DNA of 23,175 nt from Gammaproteobacteria bacterium (GCA_050298595.1 JBNKUM010000018.1:1-23175); one strand, 5' to 3'; positions 6,560-16,398 are shown, counted from the first letter of the stretch. Notes: generated from the letters alone by a model not told the origin. Program-made: numbers and translations.

Positions 6560-8032
6560 CTAAAACTCAACCCGATTACGCCCCCCCTCCTTCGCACGAC
6601 AAAGCGCCTTATCAACGCGGGCCAAAAGTGTGTTGGTATCTTCATGACCTTGATGGACTGCAACCCCGAAGCTCGCATAGATTGTACCAATTTCGGAAAA
6701 ATTATATTCCGCAATCCGTTTGCGAAGCCTCTCGGCCAGGATCTGACAGCCTTCTAAGCCAGTATCAGGACAAATGATGAGAAACTCTTCACCGCCCCAG
6801 CGCCCGATAATATCGCTTTCACGGATAGATTTTTTTATCAGAAAACAAACCGTTTTCAGTACTAAATCCCCAATGAGATGGCCAAAAGTATCATTAACCT
6901 GTTTGAAATTATCTATATCCAGCATGATGACTGAAAAATCACCTTTCATACGTTTCTTCCTTTTGATGGCATAATTGATGTCATCATCCAGCTTAATACG
7001 ATTGTAAACTCCGGTTAGTCTGTCAGTAAGCGACTGCTTTCTAAACAGCCTGTTTTGAACCTTTAGCTGTCTCTGAACATCATGCAACTCGCTAACAGTC
7101 TCACGAATTTTCCTGTTCGCCTTAACCAGATGTCGGATCCAGTAAAGCGAAACAATCAGGATCGTTCCTAACACCGCCAGGGTTTGCCATAACACGGTAT
7201 AGTCCGTTACCTTCTCAATCGTGATTCCGATCCACTTATCGCGAATACGCTGCGCTTCCTTTGGATCAAGGTGTAAAACCGCTTTTTCAAATGCGCTTCC
7301 CAGCAACGGCTCATCTTTGCGCGTAGCAACAGACAATTCGTAGCGTAGCGGCAGGCTACCCGTTACCGCCAGTTTATCCAGATCAAGCGACTGAATGGCA
7401 AAGGCAACAGCACCCTGTGCAGCGATATAGCCAAAGACCTCACCGTCATGTACCAGACTCAAAGCCTCAATATTATTCTTAACCTCGACCAGTTCGGCTG
7501 CTGGATATCGTTGCATAATTTTTTCAATCGCAATATCGCCCTTGATCACCGCAAATCGAGCCCCGGCACTTTCAAGGCTTTCTTCAACAAAAATATGGTC
7601 AGAGCGAGTAACAACAGCTAAAGGCAGGTAGAGATACGGGGTGGTAAAATCCAGAAAGGCTTTACATGCTTCACTCGTATTAATCTGAGAAACCACGTCA
7701 CAGTCACGACTCTTTGCCTTTACCATCAGATCATCCCTGTCACGCACCTCCGTCAAAACCATGTCGACATTTAACATGCGCGAAAAAATTTCAAAATAAT
7801 CTTTTGAAAGGCCTTCATGTTTGCCGTTTTCATCTACCCCATCAAAAGGCAAGCGGTCAGGATCCACACAAACACGTAACTCTTTCTTATCGATCAAATA
7901 GGCTCGTTCAGCCTGAGTCAATCCAATATCAGTTGATGATTGGGAAAATACAGAGGGCGTGTTAAGGGTAAACCAGCATGACGCTAAAATAAAAAACAGC
8001 CTTCTGGTGTGTCGCTTTTGGCTAAGGCTCAT
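6560..8032 (-). CDS. Diguanylate cyclase with a periplasmic solute-binding sensor domain
   Basis: Signal/TM segment, PBP-like domain (LRVCVDP...FTTPY), TM segment, then DRLTGVYNR, LDIDNFKQVNDTFGH, I-site RESD and RWGGEEF. Confidence 0.93.
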   Translation of the reverse strand: MSLSQKRHTRRLFFILASCWFTLNTPSVFSQSSTDIGLTQAERAYLIDKKELRVCVDPDRLPFDGVDENGKHEGLSKDYFEIFSRMLNVDMVLTEVRDRDDLMVKAKSRDCDVVSQINTSEACKAFLDFTTPYLYLPLAVVTRSDHIFVEESLESAGARFAVIKGDIAIEKIMQRYPAAELVEVKNNIEALSLVHDGEVFGYIAAQGAVAFAIQSLDLDKLAVTGSLPLRYELSVATRKDEPLLGSAFEKAVLHLDPKEAQRIRDKWIGITIEKVTDYTVLWQTLAVLGTILIVSLYWIRHLVKANRKIRETVSELHDVQRQLKVQNRLFRKQSLTDRLTGVYNRIKLDDDINYAIKRKKRMKGDFSVIMLDIDNFKQVNDTFGHLIGDLVLKTVCFLIKKSIRESDIIGRWGGEEFLIICPDTGLEGCQILAERLRKRIAEYNFSEIGTIYASFGVAVHQGHEDTNTLLARVDKALCRAKEGGRNRVEF

Positions 8033-8304
8033 ATAAACAATCTTTCTCTCAAGATGTAGTCCAGTGATTAATTAGTAACAAAAAATAAATTTAACCCGAA
8101 TACGTGGTTTCAGGCTTAAGACATCTTATTAGCATAGAGTTGTTTAAAAAAAATGTTGCGATAATTCAATCAACAATAGAGGCGATGAGCGAAGTTCATG
8201 ACAACATGAGCAGACTTTCCTCATGTTACCTGTGTATGAAGAAATACATTGCAACAATATAGACGCCTGTTAAGCCTCCTCGAAGTGAAAAAATATTGTG
8301 GCCC

Positions 8305-8459
8305 GAATGGCACTTACTTAAGCTCAAAGCTAAAAGAATTCGTCATTGCGAGGAGTGCGCGACGTGGCAATCTCAACGGCATGACGCCACCTTTAGTAGA
8401 TTACCGCGTCGCAAGCTCCTCGTAATGACGGTGCATCAAGTCTTAAGTAAGTGCCATTC
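8305..8459. mobile_element. 155-bp MITE with IS4-like ends
   Basis: Perfect 18-bp TIR GAATGGCACTTACTTAAG (8305-8322; complement 8442-8459). 11-bp target duplication TATTGTGGCCC (8294-8304 and 8460-8470). Confidence 0.88.
8341..8430. repeat. REP-like long palindrome inside the MITE
   Basis: CGTCATTGCGAGGAG.TGCGCGACGTGGCAATCT pairs with AGATTACCGCGTCGCAAGCTCCTCGTAATGACG. Confidence 0.8.
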
Positions 8460-8566
8460 TATTGTGGCCCCATATAGCAAGGGTTTTACGTATTATGGAC
8501 TCTACAAAGACCTTTTATAGGGCATTTTTCCCAAATTTTTTTAATATATTACGAAATGGAGCTCGT

Positions 8567-8935
8567 ATGGCGACCCAGTATTTTTATCCCCCATCATGAG
8601 CAAAAACATAAAAGTGATAGCTGTTGTTGCAGGTAAGCGCGATACCCTGCCAGGTGTCGCAAAGTATAACAACATCAGAATCTCCTTCGAGTGTGAAGAC
8701 GATGAATGCGGCTCATGCCTGGTAAAAAATCAGTCATCTTGATGGCGAGTACGTCAAAGCCGTAGCACTGACCGACAAAGAGAGAACGGTTCTCAAGTCA
8801 ATCGGCAAATTACCAAAGAATGAAGAAGTTCGTGCGAATGTAAAAGATATTTCCCCAACCTTCCGCCTGGCATGTCAGACCATAGCGACTGACGTAGATC
8901 TTCTACGCTGCATTGCCGTCAGGTGGATCTGTTAA
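8567..8935 (+). pseudogene. fesII: Frameshifted [2Fe-2S] ferredoxin resembling nitrogenase-protective FeSII (Shethna protein II)
   Basis: Stitched across frames: MATQYF / [47 protein letters not shown] / [59 protein letters not shown]. This closely follows the Azotobacter FeSII sequence as I recall it. RBS GGAG present. Shifts fall near the T-run at ~8581 and the A-run at ~8724. Confidence 0.82.
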
Positions 8936-9359
8936 GGAATCCTTGATAGTTGCCTCAGCCAGTAACTCACCCTCGTAAAAATGTTGGAAGGCGTCGTAAC
9001 TCCTGTTCAAACCTACGAATCCGGGTTTCAGGTTACGATTCCAGGGTACGATCGTTAACCCCATGGTTTTCATTAACAAATCGATAACAAACCAGCCTGA
9101 AAATACCATTTGCGGCCAAAATCAAATGTACCCAGCACCGCTATCAATAGCTGCAAAACAAAAATAATTATCATTTTTGAAATTAGATACGTGTTGAAAA
9201 AATATTTAAATTGGGATAAGGTTCCCAAATACCTTGTGTTTTATAGGGATAATTTTTTATTTGATATAACTGTCAAATCGGGCTCGAAACCAAAAGGGAT
9301 TGTGTTAACCAGTATTTTTCAAATCCCTGATAAATTAATAATTTTCAGAGGTATTTAAC

Positions 9360-11987
9360 ATGCTGTTAAAAAATAAATCTATCATATTTATGGGCCGGGC
9401 AGGTTTGCTCGGATTGACCAGTCTAATGCTTGCAGCCTATTCGGGAGTTTCAGTATCCGATTCAGGCAACGACAAAACTAAGAGTAGTCGAGATGGCCGC
9501 AAAAGCTCATCTTTCAGTATTAAAGAAGCGAAATGGGACAGCAAAAGAAATCGTATCACTGTTACAGGCAAGGGTGATGACGGGCGACGGGTAACCGTCT
9601 ATAGCGTGGCATCAAATACGCTAATCGGAAGGGATAGAGTAGATAATGACGAATGGAGAATTAGAGAGTCAGACCTGGACAGTATTCCCTGTCGAGTAAG
9701 AGCCGAACAGGAAAATGGTAAGTCAGAAGAAAAGGATGTTAAAAATGCTCCTTCAAACTGTGATGATACCGTCGTTTCTGATAACGATCATTCACATGAT
9801 GACCATTCTGATGACGACCATTCTGATAACGACCATTCTGATAACGATCATTCTGATGATGGTGGAAATACTGGTGATGGTGGAAATACTGGTAACGGCG
9901 GAAATACCGGAAATTATACTGTCTTAGCTGCCAATGATCTGGGTATGCATTGTGCTGATCAGGATTATCGTATCTTCAGTATTCTTCCTCCTTACAACGT
10001 TATCAATGCTCAGGTATTGCAGAAAGGTGGTGAGCCAAAATTGATGTCACCAGTGGATGGTATTCATGTTACCTATAAGGCAGTAGATTCAAATTACTTC
10101 ACTGATTTTAACGATGCAAATCGAGCGCCGGATGCTACCGATTCAGTCACAACAACTTCATTGAATACTCTGAATTACTATAAGAGCAATTTCTGGGATG
10201 TCACGGAACCCTCTGCTACAGGCATCGATAAAATCGGATTTCAGGCCTACGAGCCTTTGTATCCGCCTGAAGTCCTGTCGACATTTCCATCGACTCCTGA
10301 CTTAGGATTGCCGGCGCCCGATCTTGCCGAGTTACACCTGCTGGGTGGTACTCTACAGGCTGAACAGGCTGCTATGCCTGGTGCTTCCAATACACCTCAG
10401 GAATTCCACGGTTATGTTGAAAATTTGCCATTCTTCAGCAGTTTTCCTTTTGGCACAGTAGTGAATAACTTCAATCGATACACCGCTGAAGGTGTGCCTA
10501 TCACGCCAGTGGATGATAAGGGCCGTTCCAATCCGTACCCATTACTCAGAATAGAAGCAAGAGATGCAGCGGACAATGTTCTGGCGTCAGTGGATACGGT
10601 AGTGCCAGTGGCTGCTGAAGCGAATTGCGCAATCTGTCATGCGAGCCAGGAAGTGTGCGATGTTGATACTTTACAAGGCCTGGCGTGTAATGAAATTGCT
10701 AACACAAATTATCCGGAAGAGATTTTCGTGAATACAGCGTCACAGGCTGAAGCGGTAATAGGTGCAACTCCAGAGCAAAAGGTCATCAATAGTGCGAAGA
10801 TAAATATCTTACGTTTACATGATCAAAAACATGGTACCACCCTCGCAGGAACTGAAACAGATGGGTCGAATGGAGCAACAACACCGAATATAGTTTGCGC
10901 CAACTGCCATTATTCTCCAGCGCTGGATCTGGCCCATTTAGGTCCTAATGATGCGAATGGTAAAGAGCAAACCCAGCACATCACTATGTCGCGTGCAATG
11001 CACGGTGTACATGGCTCGTTGCCGCAGAGTAGTGATCCCCTGTATAAAGATTTATTTCCAATTATGCCACCTCCAGGGCCCAGTCGGGACCCGGTTGTCA
11101 CTGAAGAAATACTGATGAATACCTGTTACAACTGTCATCCAGGCAAAAAAGCGAAATGCCTGCGTGGAGCGATGGGTGGCTCAGGAACCGTGTGTCAGGA
11201 TTGCCATGGTCAGTTAACCCAGGTGGGTGATGACTTTAGCGAAGGATTCCCAGATAAGGGATTTCCAGCAGGTGCTGATTTGACGAAACGTGTGCCATGG
11301 GGTTCAGAGCCTTCCTGTGATAGCTGTCATGTAGGTGATGTGATGCAGGTAGCCCAGTTAAAGCAAACCGGCATGCTGGCAGACACAGTAGTCAATGTTA
11401 ATGATGCACTGAATAATGCTGACGGTTTACGCCTGTTGATGACATACAAGTTATCTAACCATAAGTCCAACAATGGTCCAGATAATCTGCCGATCATGAA
11501 GTTCCCTGAGTCTCGTTTTGCAACCACAGAAGCTCTATATCGTTTAAGTGGTGCAGATAACAGTACCGATGGTGGTCTGAAGAAGGGTCATGGCGGTTTG
11601 AGTTGTGAAGGTTGTCATGGTAGTACACATGCTATCTGGCCCAATAAAAACCCCTATTCAAACGATAACAAGGCTGCAAATGATATTCAGGGTCATACGG
11701 GTCCGATCATTGAATGCAGTAGCTGTCATGAGGGCAATCTCGGGAATACTCTGGAAGGGCCACATGGTATGCACCCAGTCGGAAATACCTCATTCTCCGA
11801 TGGAGGTCATGAAAATATCGCAGAAAACAATGGCGATGCCTGCCGAACCTGTCATGGAATGAATGGTGAAGGTTCAGTGTTATCCAGAGCTGCTGCCGAC
11901 CGTAACCTGAGTAATGAAGGTAAAACGGTGAATGTGGCAAAAGGAGAGGTTATTACCTGTAGTCTTTGCCATAAAAATAAGCTGTAA
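9360..11987 (+). CDS. Exported multiheme cytochrome c (9 CxxCH) with a His/Asp-rich linker
   Basis: CAICH, CANCH, CYNCH, CQDCH, CDSCH, CEGCH, CSSCH, CRTCH, CSLCH. Signal-like N-terminus, LAANDLGMHC motif, RBS GAGG. Confidence 0.92.
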   Translation: MLLKNKSIIFMGRAGLLGLTSLMLAAYSGVSVSDSGNDKTKSSRDGRKSSSFSIKEAKWDSKRNRITVTGKGDDGRRVTVYSVASNTLIGRDRVDNDEWRIRESDLDSIPCRVRAEQENGKSEEKDVKNAPSNCDDTVVSDNDHSHDDHSDDDHSDNDHSDNDHSDDGGNTGDGGNTGNGGNTGNYTVLAANDLGMHCADQDYRIFSILPPYNVINAQVLQKGGEPKLMSPVDGIHVTYKAVDSNYFTDFNDANRAPDATDSVTTTSLNTLNYYKSNFWDVTEPSATGIDKIGFQAYEPLYPPEVLSTFPSTPDLGLPAPDLAELHLLGGTLQAEQAAMPGASNTPQEFHGYVENLPFFSSFPFGTVVNNFNRYTAEGVPITPVDDKGRSNPYPLLRIEARDAADNVLASVDTVVPVAAEANCAICHASQEVCDVDTLQGLACNEIANTNYPEEIFVNTASQAEAVIGATPEQKVINSAKINILRLHDQKHGTTLAGTETDGSNGATTPNIVCANCHYSPALDLAHLGPNDANGKEQTQHITMSRAMHGVHGSLPQSSDPLYKDLFPIMPPPGPSRDPVVTEEILMNTCYNCHPGKKAKCLRGAMGGSGTVCQDCHGQLTQVGDDFSEGFPDKGFPAGADLTKRVPWGSEPSCDSCHVGDVMQVAQLKQTGMLADTVVNVNDALNNADGLRLLMTYKLSNHKSNNGPDNLPIMKFPESRFATTEALYRLSGADNSTDGGLKKGHGGLSCEGCHGSTHAIWPNKNPYSNDNKAANDIQGHTGPIIECSSCHEGNLGNTLEGPHGMHPVGNTSFSDGGHENIAENNGDACRTCHGMNGEGSVLSRAAADRNLSNEGKTVNVAKGEVITCSLCHKNKL
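9777..9914 (+). repeat. In-frame tandem repeats: 15-nt (DHSDD/N) and 18-nt (GGNTGD/N) units
   Basis: About 5 GACCATTCTGAT(G/A)AC-like units, then 3 GGTGGAAATACTGGTGAT-like units. Confidence 0.9.
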
Positions 11988-12524
11988 ATCCAAAATATAG
12001 TATCCAATAAGCCAGGGACGGCTACATGGATGAAAGAATATTGGGAATGGGCAACGTTAAAGGGGTCGGTGTGAACCCACCCCCAGATTAACGGCCACTT
12101 TGCTTCGGAGTTCTTCCCTTCCCTGTTGTATGCCACTGAAGGGTGCTGAGGAACGAGGCGCATCTTCCCAACACCATCACAATTGATGCATTTCGAAAAG
12201 CTCAGCATATCCTTCAAATTCGATAGACAGTGTCTCTCGTTTTAAAGAACCCAAATAGTCAGCCAAGCTCAACTCAGTACACACTGTGTTCAAAATTGAG
12301 TACTGTACATGAAGGCTCGTATAGAGATATCGGGTACAATGGACATGTTATCAATGCCGACTAGTACGACATTTCAGGGCAGGATACTTGCCTAATAGGT
12401 TAAATTTTCACCGGAAGGTCTAAAACCAGTGCTACTGCTTCTTCTTTATATTCTTTAGAATATAGTTTAGAGGTTCGTTTCTGACTCATTCTGACACCTT
12501 GATAATTGATAAATATTATCTCTT

Positions 12525-12896
12525 ATGAAAGTGTCCGGTGCTATTAGACCACTACAGCAAGCCCTGGCCTGGTATCGCCATACATTGCATGCTGACTGGA
12601 GCTCGCCTGCTGATGTAAAACAGGACTTCAGGAATGCCAGCATATTAAAAGAAAGCTTGCCCCATGAGCGAAGCGATTGTTTTGGGTATGGTCGAGTTGT
12701 ATTTAATATTGCTGGCAACAAGTATCGTCTTGTGGTTTGGATTAACTACACCTACCGGGTTGTTTATATCCGCTTCATCGGTACTCATGCCCAGTATGAA
12801 AAATTCGTCTGGAACTAATTTTAACGAGCGCAGCAAGCCTGAAGGGTGAGGCTCAGGGAAGAGCCGAAGAAAAAGATTGATATACAAACTATTTAA
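12525..12896 (+). pseudogene. higB: HigB-family toxin disrupted by two insertions, with an aberrant N-terminus
   Basis: LAWY...ADWSSPADVKQDFRNASILK[insert]GRVVFNIAGNKYRLVVWINY...IRFIGTHAQYE[insert]KIDIQTI* (tail 12873-12896). Confidence 0.8.
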
Positions 12897-12919
12897 CCTA
12901 ATGCACCGGAGGACTAACT

Positions 12920-13288
12920 ATGGACATCAAACCCATTAAAACTGATGCCGACTACCGAGCGGCATTGAAAGAAGTTGAAAACCTGATGATAGCTACACCT
13001 GATACACCAGAGGGAGAAAAGCTGGATGTGATGGTTACGCTTATTGAGGCCTACGAAGCAAAACATTTCCCAATGGAACTGCCTGACCCTGTTGAGGCAA
13101 TCAAATTCGAGATGGAACGCAAAGGCTTAACAGTGAAAGATTTAGAACCCATGATAGGCAAAAGCAATCGTGTTTATGAGATTCTAAATCACAAACGTAC
13201 TCTTACCCTGAAAATGATCTGGAAACTTCACGAAGGACTGGGTATTCCAGCCGAGTCTTTGATTAAGCCACCGCAACTCCAGGCTTAA
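12920..13288 (+). CDS. higA: HigA-family antitoxin (HTH transcriptional regulator)
   Basis: MDIKPIKTDADYRAAL...LIEAYE...PDPVEAIKFEME...NRVYEILN...GLGIPAESLI. RBS GGAGG. Confidence 0.92.
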   Translation: MDIKPIKTDADYRAALKEVENLMIATPDTPEGEKLDVMVTLIEAYEAKHFPMELPDPVEAIKFEMERKGLTVKDLEPMIGKSNRVYEILNHKRTLTLKMIWKLHEGLGIPAESLIKPPQLQA

Positions 13289-13302
13289 ATAACGACAGGA
13301 CT

Positions 13303-15738
13303 TTGGTTTTGGACCGCTTCGCCTCTGGAACAAAAAGCATCGTGGATAATGTGGATGAGAGCAAACCCTGCGAAGATACGTTTCATGATATTTCTGCCAT
13401 TGATGCTCGGCTAGTTGAACTCGAACAAGAAAAACAGAATCTAATTGCACTCAAAGACGAGCTGCAGAAATCGAAGCGAACGTCTCCTGTCTCCGACTCT
13501 TTAACACCAGAACAAAAAATCTCTATTTTCAGAAACTTGTTTCGTGGCCGTACAGATATCTTTGCTAATCGTTGGCAAAACAAGCAAGGTCGAAGTGGCT
13601 ACTCGGTTGCTTGCAACAATGAATGGGGTAAGGGGATCTGCCACAAACCTAGAGTTAAATGTACCGATTGCAAACACCGACAATTTAGTGATCTGAACGA
13701 CAAAACTATTTATAACCATCTCGCTGGCCAACAGGTTGTGGGGCTTTATCCTTTGCTGCATGACAATACCTGCTACTTTCTTGCCGCCGACTTTGATAAG
13801 ACAGGCTGGCAAGAAGAAGTCAAGGCAATGTCCCGAGCCTGCAGCAATTACGACATCCCCCATACGATTGAAATATCCCGATCTGGAAACGGTGCGCATC
13901 TTTGGTTATTTTTTGACCAAAAGGTGCAGGCAAAGGACGCTCGATTATTGGGTTTCGGACTTCTCGACAAAGCAATGGAGATATACCCAAACCTGTCTTT
14001 TGATTCCTATGACAGGTTATTTCCCAACCAGGATATTCTGCCTGAGGGCGGGTTCGGCAATTTAATAGCGCTACCACTGCAACGTGAAGCAAGACTATCT
14101 GGCAATAGTTCGTTTGTAGACGCTAACTTGAACGTCATCCAGGATCAATGGCAGCATCTGGCTCAGATGAAAACAATAACCGCTCAGGACCTGGTTCATC
14201 TACTCACAAAAGTTTCACCCCGCTCCAATCTCTTTACTGAACAAGAGGTCGTTGAAACTAGACCACCCTGGGAGATTACGTCTAAGTCTAAACCTTTGAT
14301 ATTGGACAATCCGCCACAAAAGGTAACGATAACTCTAGCTAACCATATATATTTCAACCTTAGTGAACTGCCTACCACTCTTGCCGCTAGATTAAGGCGA
14401 TTAGCCAGCTTTTCGAATCCTCTTTTCTTCAAAACTCAGGCACTTCGCTTTTCAACTCATGGCATCCCACGATTTATTTCATGTGCTCAAATTGAGCAAG
14501 GCTATCTGGCCATACCGCGTGGTTGTCTGGACGATGCTCTTTCGTTATTGAGAGAGAACCGTATAGCTGTCGAAATTGATGACAAGCGAGAGTCAGGAAT
14601 GAAACTTAAAGGATTGAAATCGTTGGTGAAGCTACGGAAAAACCAACAATCAGCTGTAAGAGCAATGAGCATACACGATGCAGGAATACTTCACGCACCC
14701 ACTGCATTCGGTAAAACAGTTACCGCTATCGGTCTTATAGTTAAACGAAAAACAAACACTCTAATACTGGTACATAGCCGCCAGTTGCTTGACCAATGGC
14801 AGGAAAGGCTTCACTCCTTTTTACCCGAAACCGAAGTGGGTGTTATCCGAGGCGGAAAGAAAAAGCCCAGCGGTGTTATCGATATTGCAACTTACCAAAG
14901 TTTGCTCAACAAGAAAGACAATACTGTATCGGAAATTATTCAAGATTACGGGCATGTCATAGTAGATGAATGTCATCATGTATCAGCACCGCGTTTCGAA
15001 ATGGTATTAAATGAAGTCAGAGCCAAATACATACTTGGCCTTACTGCCACTCCAGAAAGACAAGATGGTCACCAGAAAATCATCTTCATGGCTGCTGGCC
15101 CTATCCGTCATAAAGTAAAAAACACGCACCAGGACAAATTTACTCAAGAAGTCAAAGTACATCAGTTATATGATGCGCCACCAATACTACTACGCCAATC
15201 TGATGAACGCCCCAAGATTTCAGATGCATACCGCTGGATCATGGAAAACGAAGATCGAACTCAGCGACTCGTTCGGGATGTGGTGAAAAGCATCGAACAA
15301 ACCAAACACCCTATTGTCTTGACCGAAAGACGTGAGCATGCAGAGGCGATCAACTCCATTCTTCTTGAACAGGATATCGACTCCGTCGTTTTGAAAGGTG
15401 CAATGGGGGCAGCCGAGCGTAAAAAAGTTGAAAAGTCTCTTCCTACAGCACAGGTGGTTGTTGCTACAGGAAAATATATTGGTGAAGGTTTTGATTTGCC
15501 CAGGTTGGATACCCTGTTTCTAGCAATGCCAATTGCCTGGAAGGGATCGCTCGCACAATACGCAGGCCGTATTCATCGAGAGTCAGATGGCAAAGACTGT
15601 GTCACTATTCACGACTACGTTGACTGCTCACTCCCCATGCTTCAGCGTATGTTCAATAAACGAGAAAAGGGATATAAAGCTATGGGCTACAAAATTGAGT
15701 ATACAGATCAGTTAACTACTTATCCTCCAAGCCCCTAA
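13303..15738 (+). CDS. AEP primase-like domain fused to an SF2 (DEAD/DEAH, ResIII-like) helicase; TOTE-conflict-system-like architecture
   Basis: AEP-type motifs AADFD, SRSGNGAHLW, GNLIALP. Helicase motifs APTAFGKT, DECHH, LTATP, GEGFDLP, QYAGRIHR. Start codon uncertain. Confidence 0.82.
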   Translation: MVLDRFASGTKSIVDNVDESKPCEDTFHDISAIDARLVELEQEKQNLIALKDELQKSKRTSPVSDSLTPEQKISIFRNLFRGRTDIFANRWQNKQGRSGYSVACNNEWGKGICHKPRVKCTDCKHRQFSDLNDKTIYNHLAGQQVVGLYPLLHDNTCYFLAADFDKTGWQEEVKAMSRACSNYDIPHTIEISRSGNGAHLWLFFDQKVQAKDARLLGFGLLDKAMEIYPNLSFDSYDRLFPNQDILPEGGFGNLIALPLQREARLSGNSSFVDANLNVIQDQWQHLAQMKTITAQDLVHLLTKVSPRSNLFTEQEVVETRPPWEITSKSKPLILDNPPQKVTITLANHIYFNLSELPTTLAARLRRLASFSNPLFFKTQALRFSTHGIPRFISCAQIEQGYLAIPRGCLDDALSLLRENRIAVEIDDKRESGMKLKGLKSLVKLRKNQQSAVRAMSIHDAGILHAPTAFGKTVTAIGLIVKRKTNTLILVHSRQLLDQWQERLHSFLPETEVGVIRGGKKKPSGVIDIATYQSLLNKKDNTVSEIIQDYGHVIVDECHHVSAPRFEMVLNEVRAKYILGLTATPERQDGHQKIIFMAAGPIRHKVKNTHQDKFTQEVKVHQLYDAPPILLRQSDERPKISDAYRWIMENEDRTQRLVRDVVKSIEQTKHPIVLTERREHAEAINSILLEQDIDSVVLKGAMGAAERKKVEKSLPTAQVVVATGKYIGEGFDLPRLDTLFLAMPIAWKGSLAQYAGRIHRESDGKDCVTIHDYVDCSLPMLQRMFNKREKGYKAMGYKIEYTDQLTTYPPSP

Positions 15739-15880
15739 CCAATACTTCCTCCTAACCAACTTGTAAATAAATATACATCGAATAATCCCTGTAAGAAGGG
15801 ACATTTTCCTTTTCCAACCTGCTACTCTGCGTAGCTACAAGTCATCAAAGACTTTAATTTTACCAATGCAATATTTTCAT

Positions 15881-15934
15881 TTGGACGGAGCTAAACTTTC
15901 AATTGGACGAGTTTAAACTTACACTTAGACGAAT
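15881..15934. repeat. Imperfect direct repeats with a 22-bp period
   Basis: TTGGACGGAGCTAAACTTTCAA / TTGGACGAGTTTAAACTTACAC / TTAGACGAAT. Confidence 0.7.
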
Positions 15935-16002
15935 CACCTCAGATATCAATCTACAATTTTGGCCGATATATAGCTTGAGAGGTTTGTAAAGAAATTTTCT
16001 TT

Positions 16003-16335
16003 TTCATGCGGCGATATTTCGATGCACATGTATTTCTTGCCAACTGGGGCGATGCCATCTTCATGCTACGCCTGCCCAGAGAAGCCATCGATCAGAAGAC
16101 GCTCAAGGCCTTCTGCGACAATCCACATTTGGAGTTCGAGGCATTGCCAAAACACTGACTGTTGACCTGGTCACTGGAGGAAACAGAGGATTACGATCAT
16201 TTTTGCGATATAGAAGGTAGCGGCTGGATGGCCCGCCTGGCCCCGTTACGTGAAGAATTAATACGCGGTGATCTACGCGGGCTCTATATTGGCTGGTTAA
16301 AATCTATCCTCTACATAGGATCCTTTATAGCTTAA
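16003..16335 (+). pseudogene. Internal fragment of a conserved hypothetical protein with an in-frame TGA
   Basis: FMRRYFDAHVFLANWG...MLRLP...PKH*LLTW...GSGWMARLAPLREELIRGDLRGLYIGWL, TGA at 16156-16158. More GC-rich than its flanks. Confidence 0.65.
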
Positions 16336-16398
16336 AAAGCAAAACACCCGGCTGAATAGTCACGGGTTTGTCACCTTTTTATAGTCAATTTCCTTTTC

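Noticed and set aside
8308-8322. TGGCAC as a sigma54 promoter for fesII
   Set aside because: No TTGC at -12, and the motif is part of the MITE terminal repeat
8296-8520. 74-aa ORF
   Set aside because: Reads through the MITE and palindrome, with no protein features
8903-9358. ORFs 8903-9109 (-) and 9110-9358 (+)
   Set aside because: No recognisable motifs. The latter covers the AT-rich region upstream of the cytochrome. A decayed gene at 8903-9175 cannot be excluded.
11852-12217. 121-aa minus-strand ORF with CINC
   Set aside because: It overlaps the cytochrome 3' end and no family is recognisable. It may be a remnant but I cannot support that.
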